64,000 nt of DNA from assembly GCA_963768655.1 (NCBI GenBank), contig CAVYIM010000009.1, forward strand, positions 128,001 to 192,000, written 5' to 3'. The position numbers and the translations under genes were made by a program. This document shows, in pieces, positions 48,779-58,765 of this stretch. Under the pieces are notes generated by a model. It was not told the DNA's origin, made no database searches, and saw nothing but the letters and a program-made list of their open reading frames with translations. Every line of letters begins with the position of its first letter. Position 1 is the first letter of the stretch. This stretch comes from an uncultured Chloroflexia bacterium (GTDB taxonomy: Bacteria; Chloroflexota; Limnocylindria; Limnocylindrales; CSP1-4).

Positions 48779-49279
48779 ATGACCGCCCGCATCGATGACG
48801 CCCGCATCGTGATCCGCCCGGCGACGGCGGAGGACCGGGCCACTCTGGTGGAGTTCAGGCTGGCGATGCTGGCGGAGATGTTCGGTAGCGAGCCCGGCGC
48901 CGCAGCTACCCGGCTGGTCGATCCGGCGACCCTGCGCCAGGCGAACGAGCGTTGGGTCGATGAGCACTTCGGGCGCGACTTCACGGCCTGGATGGCCGAT
49001 CTCGACGGCCGGCCCGCTGCCTGCGCCGGCCTCTTGTGGTTCGCCCACCCGCCCGGCCCCATCAACCCGGGCGGCCTGGAGGCGTACATCCTGAACGTCT
49101 ACACCCGACCCGAGGCGCGACGGATGGGACTGGCCCGCGCGGTCGTGGAGCGGGTCGTCGCGCAGGCCAGGGCCGCCGGCGTCCGGCGGATCTGGCTTCG
49201 TGCCAGCCCCGACGGCCGGCCGCTGTACGAATCCATGGGCTTTCGAACCGGCGACTACATGCAGCTGACGCCGGAGTAG
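48779..49279 (+). CDS. GNAT family N-acetyltransferase
   Basis: ILNVYTRPEARRMGLA, GRPLYESMGF. Confidence 0.88.
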   Translation: MTARIDDARIVIRPATAEDRATLVEFRLAMLAEMFGSEPGAAATRLVDPATLRQANERWVDEHFGRDFTAWMADLDGRPAACAGLLWFAHPPGPINPGGLEAYILNVYTRPEARRMGLARAVVERVVAQARAAGVRRIWLRASPDGRPLYESMGFRTGDYMQLTPE

Positions 49280-49389
49280 CGCGAGGCTCGGGCCGGCTTC
49301 CACCGCCGGCCGCCCCGTTTCGAATTGAGGGTTACTCTCGATCGACGCCGCTCGCCTCCCTCGGTCCGTCGGCGCATTCGAGGAGCGTC

Positions 49390-50184
49390 GTGAAGAATTC
49401 GGCGTCGATCACCATCCGGGTCCTGGGCTTCCCGATCACGATCGGTATCGCCTTCCCGATCGTGATGTTGATTCTCGGCTACATCTCCCGGCTGGCGGGC
49501 ATCGAGCTGGTCATCTGGGTGGTCTTCGGCACGTTCGCGATCGCGGTCCACGAGCTGGGCCACGCCCTGGCCTTCCGGCACTACGGGCTCGAGTCGACGA
49601 TCCGCTTCTGGGCTATGGGTGGGCTGGCAATCCCCATCGACCAGGACGGCGCGGCCAGGCTTCCGGATCGCCAGTGGCTGGTCGTGTCGCTCGCAGGACC
49701 GGGCGTCGGGCTGGTCCTCGGCTCGATCGGGCTGGCGCTCGAAGGATTCGTCGCCGGCCAGGGCCTCGACCTGCGCTCGGCCGTCGGGATCTGGACCTTC
49801 GTCAATCTGGGCTGGAGCGTCTTCAACCTGCTGCCGATCACCGGGCTCGACGGCGGCAGCGCCGTCATGCACGTGTTGCGGCTCGCGTTCGGCGAACGTG
49901 GTTTCGACGCCGCCCTGGCGGCGAGCATGGCCTTCAGCGCCGTGGTGGCCGTCCTTTCGTTCGCGAACGGGCTGGCCTTCGTGGGCGTCATCGCCATCGT
50001 CTTCGGCCTGACCAACCCGTACCAGTATCGGGCGCTGCTGGCCGGGCTCTTCCCGGAATGGACCGAACGCCGTCGGAGGCGAGAAGCCGAACTCGAAGAG
50101 CTGACCCGCGAGCGCGGCCCTTTCGAGGATGGAGTGAGCAGGTCATGGCCGGGCGGCTTCAACCAGCCGAGGCCGAGGTCCTGA
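49390..50184 (+). CDS. M50 site-2 intramembrane metalloprotease
   Basis: HELGH, VSLAGP, FNLLPITGLDGG. Confidence 0.9.
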   Translation: MKNSASITIRVLGFPITIGIAFPIVMLILGYISRLAGIELVIWVVFGTFAIAVHELGHALAFRHYGLESTIRFWAMGGLAIPIDQDGAARLPDRQWLVVSLAGPGVGLVLGSIGLALEGFVAGQGLDLRSAVGIWTFVNLGWSVFNLLPITGLDGGSAVMHVLRLAFGERGFDAALAASMAFSAVVAVLSFANGLAFVGVIAIVFGLTNPYQYRALLAGLFPEWTERRRRREAELEELTRERGPFEDGVSRSWPGGFNQPRPRS

Positions 50185-50196
50185 GCCGCGGCTCCG

Positions 50197-51873
50197 TCAG
50201 CCGCCGCTCGCGACCCGCGGGTGGGCGACGAAGAAGTCGGCGATCAGGCGCGAGGCGTCGAAGTCGTCCGGGTTCGCCGGGGTGGCCGACGACGATCTGA
50301 CCGGCCACGTGTGCCAGCCGCCGGAGACCACCCGCATCGCCACGGTGCTTCCGCCCTGACAGTCCCAGCTCGTGGTGGTCGAGGCGCCGTCGACCGCGAC
50401 GGTCTGCGGAGCCGCGCAGGAATCGAGGGCCCGCCACCTGGCGATCACGTCGACCAGCGGCGAGAAGGCGATGTCCACGGTGCCGCCGTCGATCGGGATC
50501 GTGCCATCGGCGGTGCCGTGGATCGCCAGCACGGAGACGGGTCGATCGAGGGTGCAGGGCACGTCGGCGCTCCCGTCGGCGGTGGCCATGTTGCCGGAAA
50601 CCGGCGCGATCGCGGCAATTCGATCGGACAGCTCGCAGCCGAGCTTGTAGGTCATCATCGCGCCCCGCGACAGGCCGGTGGCGTAGACCCGATCGGGATC
50701 GACGGCATCGCTCGCCTCCAGCCGGTCGATCGTCGCCGAGATGAAAGCCACGTCGTCGGCGCCGGGGTGCTGGCCCCAGCTCGGGCCGCTGCCGAAGGCG
50801 TCCCAGCCGTCGGCCACGCCGTCGGGGTAGACGGCGATCCAGCCGAGGCGGTCGGCCTGGGCGTCGAAGCCGCTGTTCGCCTCGATGATGAAGCCGTCGC
50901 CGAAGACCCCGTGCAGAACGAAGACGAGGCCGGGGTGGGCGACTGTTTGGGCGGGCCGGTAGATACGGTAGGTGCGGTCGACGTCGCCGACGCGGATCGT
51001 GTCCACTTGCGTTCGGCCGGTCAGCTGGGCCGCGATCGTCGTCCGGTAGTCCCGCAGGAACGGAGCCGAGACACCGACCAGACCGGCGATGAGGACAAGG
51101 GCCAGCGCGACCGAAGACTTGCGACCGGGACCGGGGACCGTCGCCAGCCGCCGGAGCGCCGGCAGGCGGGGGAAGAGCGTCGCCTCGAGCCGTTCCGGCA
51201 GGCCGAGCAGCCAGAGCCCTGCCACTGCGCACCAGGTGGCGGCCAACGCCTCGACCGGCTCCACCGCCGAGAGCTGGGGCTGCAGTGCCCCCGAACGCAT
51301 GCTCCAGATCGTCCAGTCGGCCGCGACCCAGACCACCGCCACGGCGAGCAGGGCCGACAGCCAGGCGAGCGCCCGGCTCCGGCCGCCGAGGGCCGCGCCG
51401 ACGAGGACCAGCGTGGCCGGCAGGCACGCCAGCAGCAGGAGCGCGGCCAGGCCGCGAGCCTCGCCCACACCGTATAGATGTGGGTCCGGGGCCAGGATGC
51501 CGACGCCGTATCTGGCGGCAACGGCGACCGCCGCGACGGCGAACGCGGCTCTGGCGACGCGCCGCCGCTCCGCCCGGAGAAGCACGCCGCAAACCAGGAC
51601 AAGCTGCAGCCCAAGAAGCGCGACGCCGGCAATCAGCAGGACCACAAACCAGCGCGAGTCGAGTGCTCCGAAGAGGCGCTCCGGCCGCGAGACGAGGGAG
51701 TGGCTCACCTGGCCCTGGCTGAGCTCCAGGGCGACGATCGTGGCCCAGGAGATCGGCACCAGCAGGCCGGCCAGGCCGGCGGCGCGGGCGAAGCGTGGGC
51801 TGCCCTGTACCGGTACGCTGGAGAGCGAGGCGAACCTCCCGGCCCCTCGACGGCCTGGCACTTCTACCGACAT
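50197..51873 (-). CDS. Multi-TM domain fused to PHB-depolymerase/LpqC-like alpha/beta esterase
   Basis: LVFVLHG, VYPDG, DDVAFI, nucleophile GLSRGAMM, IHGTAD, GGWHTWP; N-terminal about 7 hydrophobic segments. Confidence 0.85.
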   Translation of the reverse strand: MSVEVPGRRGAGRFASLSSVPVQGSPRFARAAGLAGLLVPISWATIVALELSQGQVSHSLVSRPERLFGALDSRWFVVLLIAGVALLGLQLVLVCGVLLRAERRRVARAAFAVAAVAVAARYGVGILAPDPHLYGVGEARGLAALLLLACLPATLVLVGAALGGRSRALAWLSALLAVAVVWVAADWTIWSMRSGALQPQLSAVEPVEALAATWCAVAGLWLLGLPERLEATLFPRLPALRRLATVPGPGRKSSVALALVLIAGLVGVSAPFLRDYRTTIAAQLTGRTQVDTIRVGDVDRTYRIYRPAQTVAHPGLVFVLHGVFGDGFIIEANSGFDAQADRLGWIAVYPDGVADGWDAFGSGPSWGQHPGADDVAFISATIDRLEASDAVDPDRVYATGLSRGAMMTYKLGCELSDRIAAIAPVSGNMATADGSADVPCTLDRPVSVLAIHGTADGTIPIDGGTVDIAFSPLVDVIARWRALDSCAAPQTVAVDGASTTTSWDCQGGSTVAMRVVSGGWHTWPVRSSSATPANPDDFDASRLIADFFVAHPRVASGG

Positions 51874-52191
51874 TGGCAATTCCCCGCGCTGCTCTCGGTG
51901 GTATGGCCGGGCCATTGTGCTGCCTCGTCGGACGTTCCGTCGGCTCGGGTCCTCCCTTCACGCCAGAGTCGGCACGACCGGCCAGGGGACGGCGAGCAGG
52001 GAATGGCCCGGTCGCCCGAGCGCAGACAGGAGTGTCATCGGCGGATCACGCTCCAGACGATGCGGCCGTAGCGGGTCGCCCGATCGATTGGGGGCTCCTC
52101 AAGCACCGCCCGCGCCCCTACGATGTGCCCGACGGCGCCACGGCCGTCGATCGGCCGGCAATCCCGGCAAGAAGGAAGAGGTCCGTCGGCG

Positions 52192-53193
52192 ATGAACTCT
52201 CTCCCTCCGGACGCGTCCAGCGCGCCTCAACCAGCGGACTCCGAGCCCGACAAATCCGCGGCAGTGCCGCGTTGGGCCGTGCCGGCCGTGCCGCCTCCCT
52301 GGAGCGGCACGGATCAGGCCGCCCCCGGCGACCAGCAGCCGACAGGTCAGCAGCCCGCCCAGGTCTCGGTCGACATGGCATCGGCACAGGTCGACGTGGC
52401 ACCGGCACAGTCGGATCAGGCTGCCGCGCCGGCCGGCTTGCCCGGGTGGGGTCAGCCCGCATGGGGTCAGCCCGGGGCCGCTCCCCAGCAGTTCGGCCAG
52501 CCCGCATGGGGTCAGCCCGGGGCCGCTCCCCAGCAGTTCGGCCAGCCCGCATGGGGTCAGCCCGGGGCCGCTCCCCAGCAGTTCGGCCAGCCAGGCTATG
52601 GCCCTCCGCCCTGGGCTCAAGCCGGCGTCGCTCCTGCAGTCGCCAGCAAACCTCAGAGCGATCGACGAAAGTGGATGCCCACCTTCGTCGTCGCGGCCAT
52701 CATCGCCGGAGTGGTACTGGGCGGCATCGGTCTCGACGATGTCATCGCCGCGCCGAGCGCCGGAACGGTCAACGTCGGTGGCTCAGTGACGATAGTCGCT
52801 GCGCCCGGTTGGGTTCGCGTCGACACCGGGGACAGCGGCGGTGCCGTCGAGCTTCAGAAGGCGGACGTGGAACTCACGGTGGCGGCAGAGCTCTACTCCG
52901 GCACTGCCACCGAGGCCCTCCAGGACGCGGAGCAGTCGCTCTCGTCGGATGAGGCCCAGATCTCGTTCGGCGACGAGCAGGACGGAACCATGTCCGGGCA
53001 CGAAACGGCGATGGTCGGCTTCGAGGCGATCGTGTCGGGCTCATCGGGATCGGGCACAGTCGATGGCGAGCTGATCTGCCTGTTGGACGCGGGCAATGTC
53101 GTCGAGTTCGTGGCGGCGACTTCTCAAGGCGATCTCGCAGATGATGTGGATGACCTCAAGGCCATGATCTCGAGCATTGAGGTGGGTCAATGA
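52192..53193 (+). CDS. Single-pass membrane protein with Gln/Pro-rich N-terminus, coupled to prsW
   Basis: QPAWGQPGAAPQQFG repeats, TM helix, acidic extracellular domain; stop overlaps prsW start (ATGA). Confidence 0.7.
   Translation: MNSLPPDASSAPQPADSEPDKSAAVPRWAVPAVPPPWSGTDQAAPGDQQPTGQQPAQVSVDMASAQVDVAPAQSDQAAAPAGLPGWGQPAWGQPGAAPQQFGQPAWGQPGAAPQQFGQPAWGQPGAAPQQFGQPGYGPPPWAQAGVAPAVASKPQSDRRKWMPTFVVAAIIAGVVLGGIGLDDVIAAPSAGTVNVGGSVTIVAAPGWVRVDTGDSGGAVELQKADVELTVAAELYSGTATEALQDAEQSLSSDEAQISFGDEQDGTMSGHETAMVGFEAIVSGSSGSGTVDGELICLLDAGNVVEFVAATSQGDLADDVDDLKAMISSIEVGQ
52453..52587 (+). repeat. Coding tandem repeat, 3 x 45 bp
   Basis: cagcccgcatggggtcagcccggggccgctccccagcagttcggc repeated exactly three times. 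Confidence 0.95.
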
Positions 53194-55008
53194 GCGCCTC
53201 CGTCGCCCCGACTTCTCCGGGCCAGGCCGCTCCACGCTGGGGCGTCCAGGCCTCGCTGATCCAGCCTCGCCAGCCGGCCTTCTGGCTGTTCCTCGTGCTG
53301 CTGGGCATCGGCGGCTATCTCTTCGTCGACGAGCAATCGACGTTCAGCCAGCTGCCAACTGCCCTGACCCTTTCCTGGGGTCTGGTTCTGCTGTACGCCC
53401 TCCCCGTCTTCCTGATCGTCTATCGGCTCGATCTCTTCGAACGTGAGCCCAAGCTGATGCTCGCGGCCGCGCTCGTATGGGGCGGCGTCATCGCCGTGAG
53501 CCTGGCCGGCTACGCCAACGACGCCTGGCTCTCAGTCCTGGGCAAGGTCGCCGGCGCGAACTTCACCGCTGACTGGGGCGCGGCGGTCATCGCCCCCGTG
53601 ACAGAAGAGATACTCAAGCTGACCGGCGTGGTCGTCCTGTTCCTGATCGCCCCAGCCGAGTTCGACGGCGTCATGGACGGGTTCGTCTACGGCGCCATGG
53701 TCGGTCTGGGCTTCACCGTGGTCGAGGACGTCTCGTACTTCATCAGCGCGACGGCGGCGTTCCAGGGCGCCGATCAGACCGGGCCGGTCATCGACACTTT
53801 CCTCATCCGGGTCGTCGCCGGCGGTCTCTACAGCCACGTGCTCTTCGCCGGCCTGACTGGCATGGGCTTTGCATACTTCGTGACGCGGCGCCAGGCCGGG
53901 TTGCCCAAGCGCCTGTTCGTCTTTGGCGCGCTCCTCGTGGCCGGCGCCGGCGCGCACTTCGTCTGGGACTCGCCGTGGATGATGTCCGTTCTGAACGTTG
54001 CCCCCGGAGTCGACAAGCCGAGCACGCTCCAATGGATCGAATACGGCGTGATCAAGGGCTCGCCCTTCCTCCTCTTGCTGCTGCTGATGGTCATGTTTGC
54101 CACCAGGAGCGAGGAGAAGAACTTCCGGGCGATCATCGCCGGCGAGCCCGACCCTGAGGTCATCACCGAGGCGGAGACTGCATCCCTGGGCAGCCTGTGG
54201 TCCAGGCGCAAGGCCCGCTCGGCGGCGGGACGTCAACGCGGACGACTGGGATCGCGGCTGACCGGGCGGCTGCAGGCGGCCCAGGTCGAATACGCGATGA
54301 TCAGGAGTCGATCCGACACCCTGGCCGATCCGGCGCTCGAGGCCCAGCGACTCAAGATTCGGGCGATTCGAGCGCAACTCGCCGCCGTTCCGTTCGTGAC
54401 CGTTGCCGCCACACCCGGGGCTGTCGCGGCCGCAGCACCCTATGCCGCCCCGATGAGTGCCACCTATGCGGCCCCGATGTCCGCGCCCGCGGCACTTCTC
54501 TCCGCTGCGCCCGCGGCGGCAGCATCCTACCCGGCGCCGATGGGCGCGCCCGTTACGACCCCCGCCGTCGAACCCGTGCTCCCGGCGGAGTCCACGCCCG
54601 AACCAGCCACAACGCCCGAACCAGCCGCAACGCCCGAGCTGGCCGAGCTGGCCGGGCAGACCGAAATCGGCCGGGCAGACCGCCACAGCCGCGCCGGCTG
54701 CGACGGCCGCGCCGGCTGCGACGGCCGCGCCCCAGCCCGCGGCTCAATGGCAACCGCAGCCCCAACCCGCTCCGGCGCCGATCGTGCTGGCGCCCCCTTG
54801 GCCCCCGCCTTGGGCCCCGACTCACCTCGTGCCGCCGGGTGGCATGGCAGCGTGGAACGCCCCCGACCCATCACGCCCGCCCATGCTGATGCTGCCGGAA
54901 CGCCTCGAGCTGGTCGTGGACTCGCGCGCGGGGGCCTGGGCGTTCGTCCGCGCCGTCAACGGCTGGCGTGGTTGGGTGGATGGCCGCCGGCTGATCGACC
55001 GCGCCTGA
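53190..55008 (+). CDS. prsW: PrsW family intramembrane metalloprotease with Pro/Ala linker and C-terminal SH3b-like domain; frameshift near 54660
   Basis: DLFEREP, APVTEEILK, GLGFTVVED, SHVLF, AHFVWD; tail GAWAFVRAVNGWRGWVDGRRL in the other frame. Confidence 0.85.
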
Positions 55009-55102
55009 GGCTCATTTGCGGCCCGGAGCGAGTCGGACCGAAGCCCGCTCGCGCCGCTCCGCCGGGCTCCGCACGGCCGCAGCGGCGTGTCGGGGCCGAT
55101 CC

Positions 55103-56350
55103 TCAGGGTCTGGCGACCAGTGGCGAGGGCTCCGCCAACCCGGCGATGACGCGCCGCGTCTCCCGCGCGATCATGCGCTCCTCGTTCGTCGGGATGAGCA
55201 ACACCCGCACGCGACTGGAATCGGTAGCGAGGTCGACCGCCCGCCCCCGCTCGTTCGCGTTCTTCGTCGCGTCCAGCTCCACGCCGAGAAACCCGAGATC
55301 GCGGCACGCGCGTTCCCGCACGACGGGGCTGTTCTCGCCGATGCCGGCAGTGAATACGATCGCGTCGAGGCCGCCCATGGCCGCGGCGTAGGCGCCGACG
55401 TACTTGCGGATGCGATAGCAGAAGACCTCCAGCGCCAGCACCGCCCTCGCGTGGCCCCTGGCGGCGGCCTCCTCGATGTCGCGCATGTCGCTCGACAGCC
55501 CGGACATCCCCTGCAGACCGCTTTCCTTGTTGATGATCCGGTCGATGTCCGAGACCGAGGCGTCTAGCCGGCGGGCGAGGTACACGAGGATGGCCGGATC
55601 GAGGTCGCCCGAGCGCGTGCCCATGACGAGGCCCTCGGCCGGGGTCAGCCCCATGCTCGTGTCGACGACGCGGCCGCCCTGGATGGCGGCCATGCTGCAG
55701 CCGTTGCCGAGGTGGCATGTGACGATCCGAGATGCCTCCCGCGAGACCCCGTTCTTGGCGAGCATGTCGAGGGCGATGCCGGTCACGTACTGGTGGGACG
55801 TGCCGTGGAACCCGTATCGCCGCACGCCGAAGGCCGTGTAGTAGTCATAGGGGAGCGCGTACATGTATGCGTAGTCGGGGATCGTGGCGTGAAATGCGGT
55901 GTCGAACACGGCCACTTGTGGAATGCCCGGCAAGAGCTTCAGGCAGGCACGAATGCCGTCGAGATTGGGTGGGTTGTGGAGTGGCGCGAGCTGGCTCACC
56001 TTCTCGATTTCCTCGACGACGTCGTCGGTGATGAGCGTCGGCAGGACGAACTTCTCGCCCCCGTGGACGACCCGATGCCCAACCGCGACGATCTCGTCGA
56101 CCCGCTCCACGACGCCCCTCTCAGGGTCGGTGAGCAGCGCGAACACGCGGCGCATCGCCTCGTCGTGACAGTCCATCTCGGCGTCGAACGCGACCTTCCC
56201 ATCGCGCTTCGTCTCCTGGATGATCCGGCCCTGTCGCTGGGCGACACCGACGCACTCGGCAATCCCCTTCGCGACGACCTCCTCAGTCTCTGCGTCGATG
56301 AGCTGGTACTTGAGCGACGAGCTACCGCTGTTTAGGACGAGGATCTTCAT
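55103..56350 (-). CDS. ackA: Acetate kinase
   Basis: VLNSGSSSLKY, GHRVVHGG, LAPLHN, FDTAFH, YGFHGTSH, CHLGNG, FTAGIGEN, IPTNEE. Confidence 0.97.
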   Translation of the reverse strand: MKILVLNSGSSSLKYQLIDAETEEVVAKGIAECVGVAQRQGRIIQETKRDGKVAFDAEMDCHDEAMRRVFALLTDPERGVVERVDEIVAVGHRVVHGGEKFVLPTLITDDVVEEIEKVSQLAPLHNPPNLDGIRACLKLLPGIPQVAVFDTAFHATIPDYAYMYALPYDYYTAFGVRRYGFHGTSHQYVTGIALDMLAKNGVSREASRIVTCHLGNGCSMAAIQGGRVVDTSMGLTPAEGLVMGTRSGDLDPAILVYLARRLDASVSDIDRIINKESGLQGMSGLSSDMRDIEEAAARGHARAVLALEVFCYRIRKYVGAYAAAMGGLDAIVFTAGIGENSPVVRERACRDLGFLGVELDATKNANERGRAVDLATDSSRVRVLLIPTNEERMIARETRRVIAGLAEPSPLVARP

Positions 56351-56446
56351 TCGGTGTTCTACCGCCTGTCCTGCTGCTGACCTTCACCCGGTCCAGTCCG
56401 CGTCTGCGCGAGCCGCCTCCGGGGCCGGATCGCTTCCACGGGGTCG

Positions 56447-57451
56447 CTAGTTGTTCGTGGCCTGGGCGGCCGTGATGGCGGCCACGTTCACGATGTCGAC
56501 CGCGTCGCACCCCCGCGAGAGGTCGTTCACCGGGCTGCACAGGCCCTGGAGGACGGGGCCGAACGCCTTGGCCCTGGCGAGCCGCTCCGTGAGCTTGTAG
56601 GCGATGTTCCCGGAGTTGAGGTCCGGGAAGATGAGCACGTTCGCCTTCCCGGCTACGGGGCTGCAGGGTGCCTTCTTCTTGCCGATCCAATCGACGAGGG
56701 CGGCGTCGGCCTGAAGCTCGCCGTCGAGAGCGATATCCGGGCGTCGTTCCTTCGCGATCCGGGTCGCCTCGACGACTTTGTCGACGATCGGGTCCCTGGC
56801 ACTGCCCTTGGTCGATAGCGAGAGCATCGCGACGCGCGGCTCGAACCCGAGGAGGGTCCGCATGGTGTCCGCGCTCTGGATCGCGATCTCCGCGAGCTGC
56901 TCGGCGTTGGGGTTGATCACCAGGCCGCAGTCGGCGTAGATGAACGCGCCCTCCTCGCCGTACTCGCAGTCCGGAACGATCATGACGAAGAAGGCCGAGA
57001 CCAGCCCGCAGTTGGGTGCCGTGCCGAGGACCTGGAGGGCCGGCCGGATGGTGTCGGCCGTGGAGTGTGTCGCCCCCGAGACCTGCCCATCGGCCTCGCC
57101 CTCGTGGACCATGAGGCAGCCGAAGAACAGCGGGTCGAGGACGAGCTGAGCCGCCTTCTCTTCCGTCATCCCCTTGTGCCGGCGGAGATCGAGGAGCGTG
57201 TCGGCGAACCGGTCTCGTTCTGGCGCGACGGCGGGGTCGACGATCCGGCACCGGCTGATGTCCGCCCCGGCCTCCTTGGCGGCGGCTTCGATCTTCCAGA
57301 GCGGGCTCACGAGGACGACCTCGGCCAGGCCCTCCCGGACGATTCGCTCGGCCGCGGTCACTGTCCGAACGTCGTCGGCCTCCGGCAGCACGACGGTCTT
57401 GTGCCCCGCGCGTGCGCGCGCGTAAACGGTTTCCATGACGTTGGACGTCAT
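56447..57451 (-). CDS. pta: Phosphate acetyltransferase (short class I)
   Basis: VVLPE, GATHSTADTIRPALQ, ADCG, STKGSA, DGELQADAA, FPDLNSGNIAYK, PVNDLSRGC. Confidence 0.96.
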   Translation of the reverse strand: MTSNVMETVYARARAGHKTVVLPEADDVRTVTAAERIVREGLAEVVLVSPLWKIEAAAKEAGADISRCRIVDPAVAPERDRFADTLLDLRRHKGMTEEKAAQLVLDPLFFGCLMVHEGEADGQVSGATHSTADTIRPALQVLGTAPNCGLVSAFFVMIVPDCEYGEEGAFIYADCGLVINPNAEQLAEIAIQSADTMRTLLGFEPRVAMLSLSTKGSARDPIVDKVVEATRIAKERRPDIALDGELQADAALVDWIGKKKAPCSPVAGKANVLIFPDLNSGNIAYKLTERLARAKAFGPVLQGLCSPVNDLSRGCDAVDIVNVAAITAAQATNN

Positions 57452-57725
57452 CTTCAAGACCACTCCTGGTGCAGTTGTGTCGTTCGCGCGTAAAGGCGCG
57501 GGAGTCGGGCGCCGCGGACGCCGCCGACATGGGGTGAGGCGCCGCGAGAGCCCGCAGCGGTATTAGTCGGAGCTTCCTCGATTGGGCTCCACGGCGAGTA
57601 GAGCCAATGGGCGCGCGATGCGGGCCGGAAGTCCCGTGCCTGTTGGACGGGCAGGGGGCCGAAAGACCGGATCCTCGACCACGCGGCTCCGTCTTGTGGC
57701 GCCCGGGGCCTCTGAAAGGCGGCGC

Positions 57726-58424
57726 TCAGGACCGCGGCGAGGCCGACGGCAGGCCGGCGAGGTACGGCAGGATCTGATCGGGCCTGAGGACCGAGGCCCA
57801 CGGCGCCCTGTTCACCTCGTGGGGAGCGGTCACGACCGCGGCGTAGACGTCCACCACGAGGTCTCGATCATCAGGGTCCAGGCAGGGGCCGTCCTGCGCC
57901 GAGCCGGTGCGCGTCTTCCGGCCGGGATGCTCGAGCGGCATCCACTCACCGTCGACGTCAACTTCCCAGCGATCGCCGAAACGGCCCACCGAGCCGCCGC
58001 CCGCGGCCGGCCGGCAGACGACGGCACCGAAGCGGCCCACAGCCACCGGCGGCACCACATAGCCGTCGGGAAGGGCGAGCGGGGCGAAAGCCGCGTCATA
58101 CCCCAATCCGCCGGCCACTCGCCGCAGGACGCTGGAGCGGGGCTCCAGGGCGATCCGGAACGCGTCCAGCAATCGCGCGATCCCTGCGGTGGCCAGGCTG
58201 AGAGGAATCGTGGCGACCATCGCCACGGCGAGGACGAAGATGGCGCCGCCGCTCGACGCGATTCGGCCCGAGAGGACGAGCCGGCTGACAATCGGCGTGG
58301 CCAGGGCCACATACGCGAGAGTGGCGGCGATCGAGAGCCAGCCGGCGCCGAGGACGGTCAGTTCTATCGGATTGGCGCGGCGGGCGATCGAGTCGGACGG
58401 GGCCTGAAGGGCGATCTGAGCCAT
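57726..58424 (-). CDS. Hypothetical membrane protein with possible NERD-like C-terminus
   Basis: Two TM helices then VAVGRFGAVV..W....PLEHP; CAGGAT 6 nt before ATG. Confidence 0.55.
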   Translation of the reverse strand: MAQIALQAPSDSIARRANPIELTVLGAGWLSIAATLAYVALATPIVSRLVLSGRIASSGGAIFVLAVAMVATIPLSLATAGIARLLDAFRIALEPRSSVLRRVAGGLGYDAAFAPLALPDGYVVPPVAVGRFGAVVCRPAAGGGSVGRFGDRWEVDVDGEWMPLEHPGRKTRTGSAQDGPCLDPDDRDLVVDVYAAVVTAPHEVNRAPWASVLRPDQILPYLAGLPSASPRS

Positions 58425-58765
58425 GCTGGGATCCTGCGCCGGCCGGGCCGGACAAGCACTACGTCCCATGACCAGTTGCCCGATGTCACCGCGTCCGACG
58501 CCTGGTGCACGGGCGCACCCCCCGATGTAACAGGTCCCTGTTGGGCCCATCGGAGCCTTGAACGAAGCACAGGATTGGTCGGGTGCGGTCGGGTGCGGTC
58601 TGGTGAGCCGTTCCGGTACTTGTCCGTAAGGCGGCACGACAGGTCCGCCGGCATCATCCCCGGACACGGTCCTGGGTGCCATGACGCCCGTACCATTGCT
58701 CGCTTCCCCCAGCCGTCCCATTGTCCGGGGCAAGACGGGCCGGCCTGTCCGCGGAGGTAAGAGAG

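Noticed and set aside
52453-52587. 45-bp repeats as a CRISPR array
   Set aside because: Head-to-tail with no spacers, in frame within a coding sequence, and no cas genes
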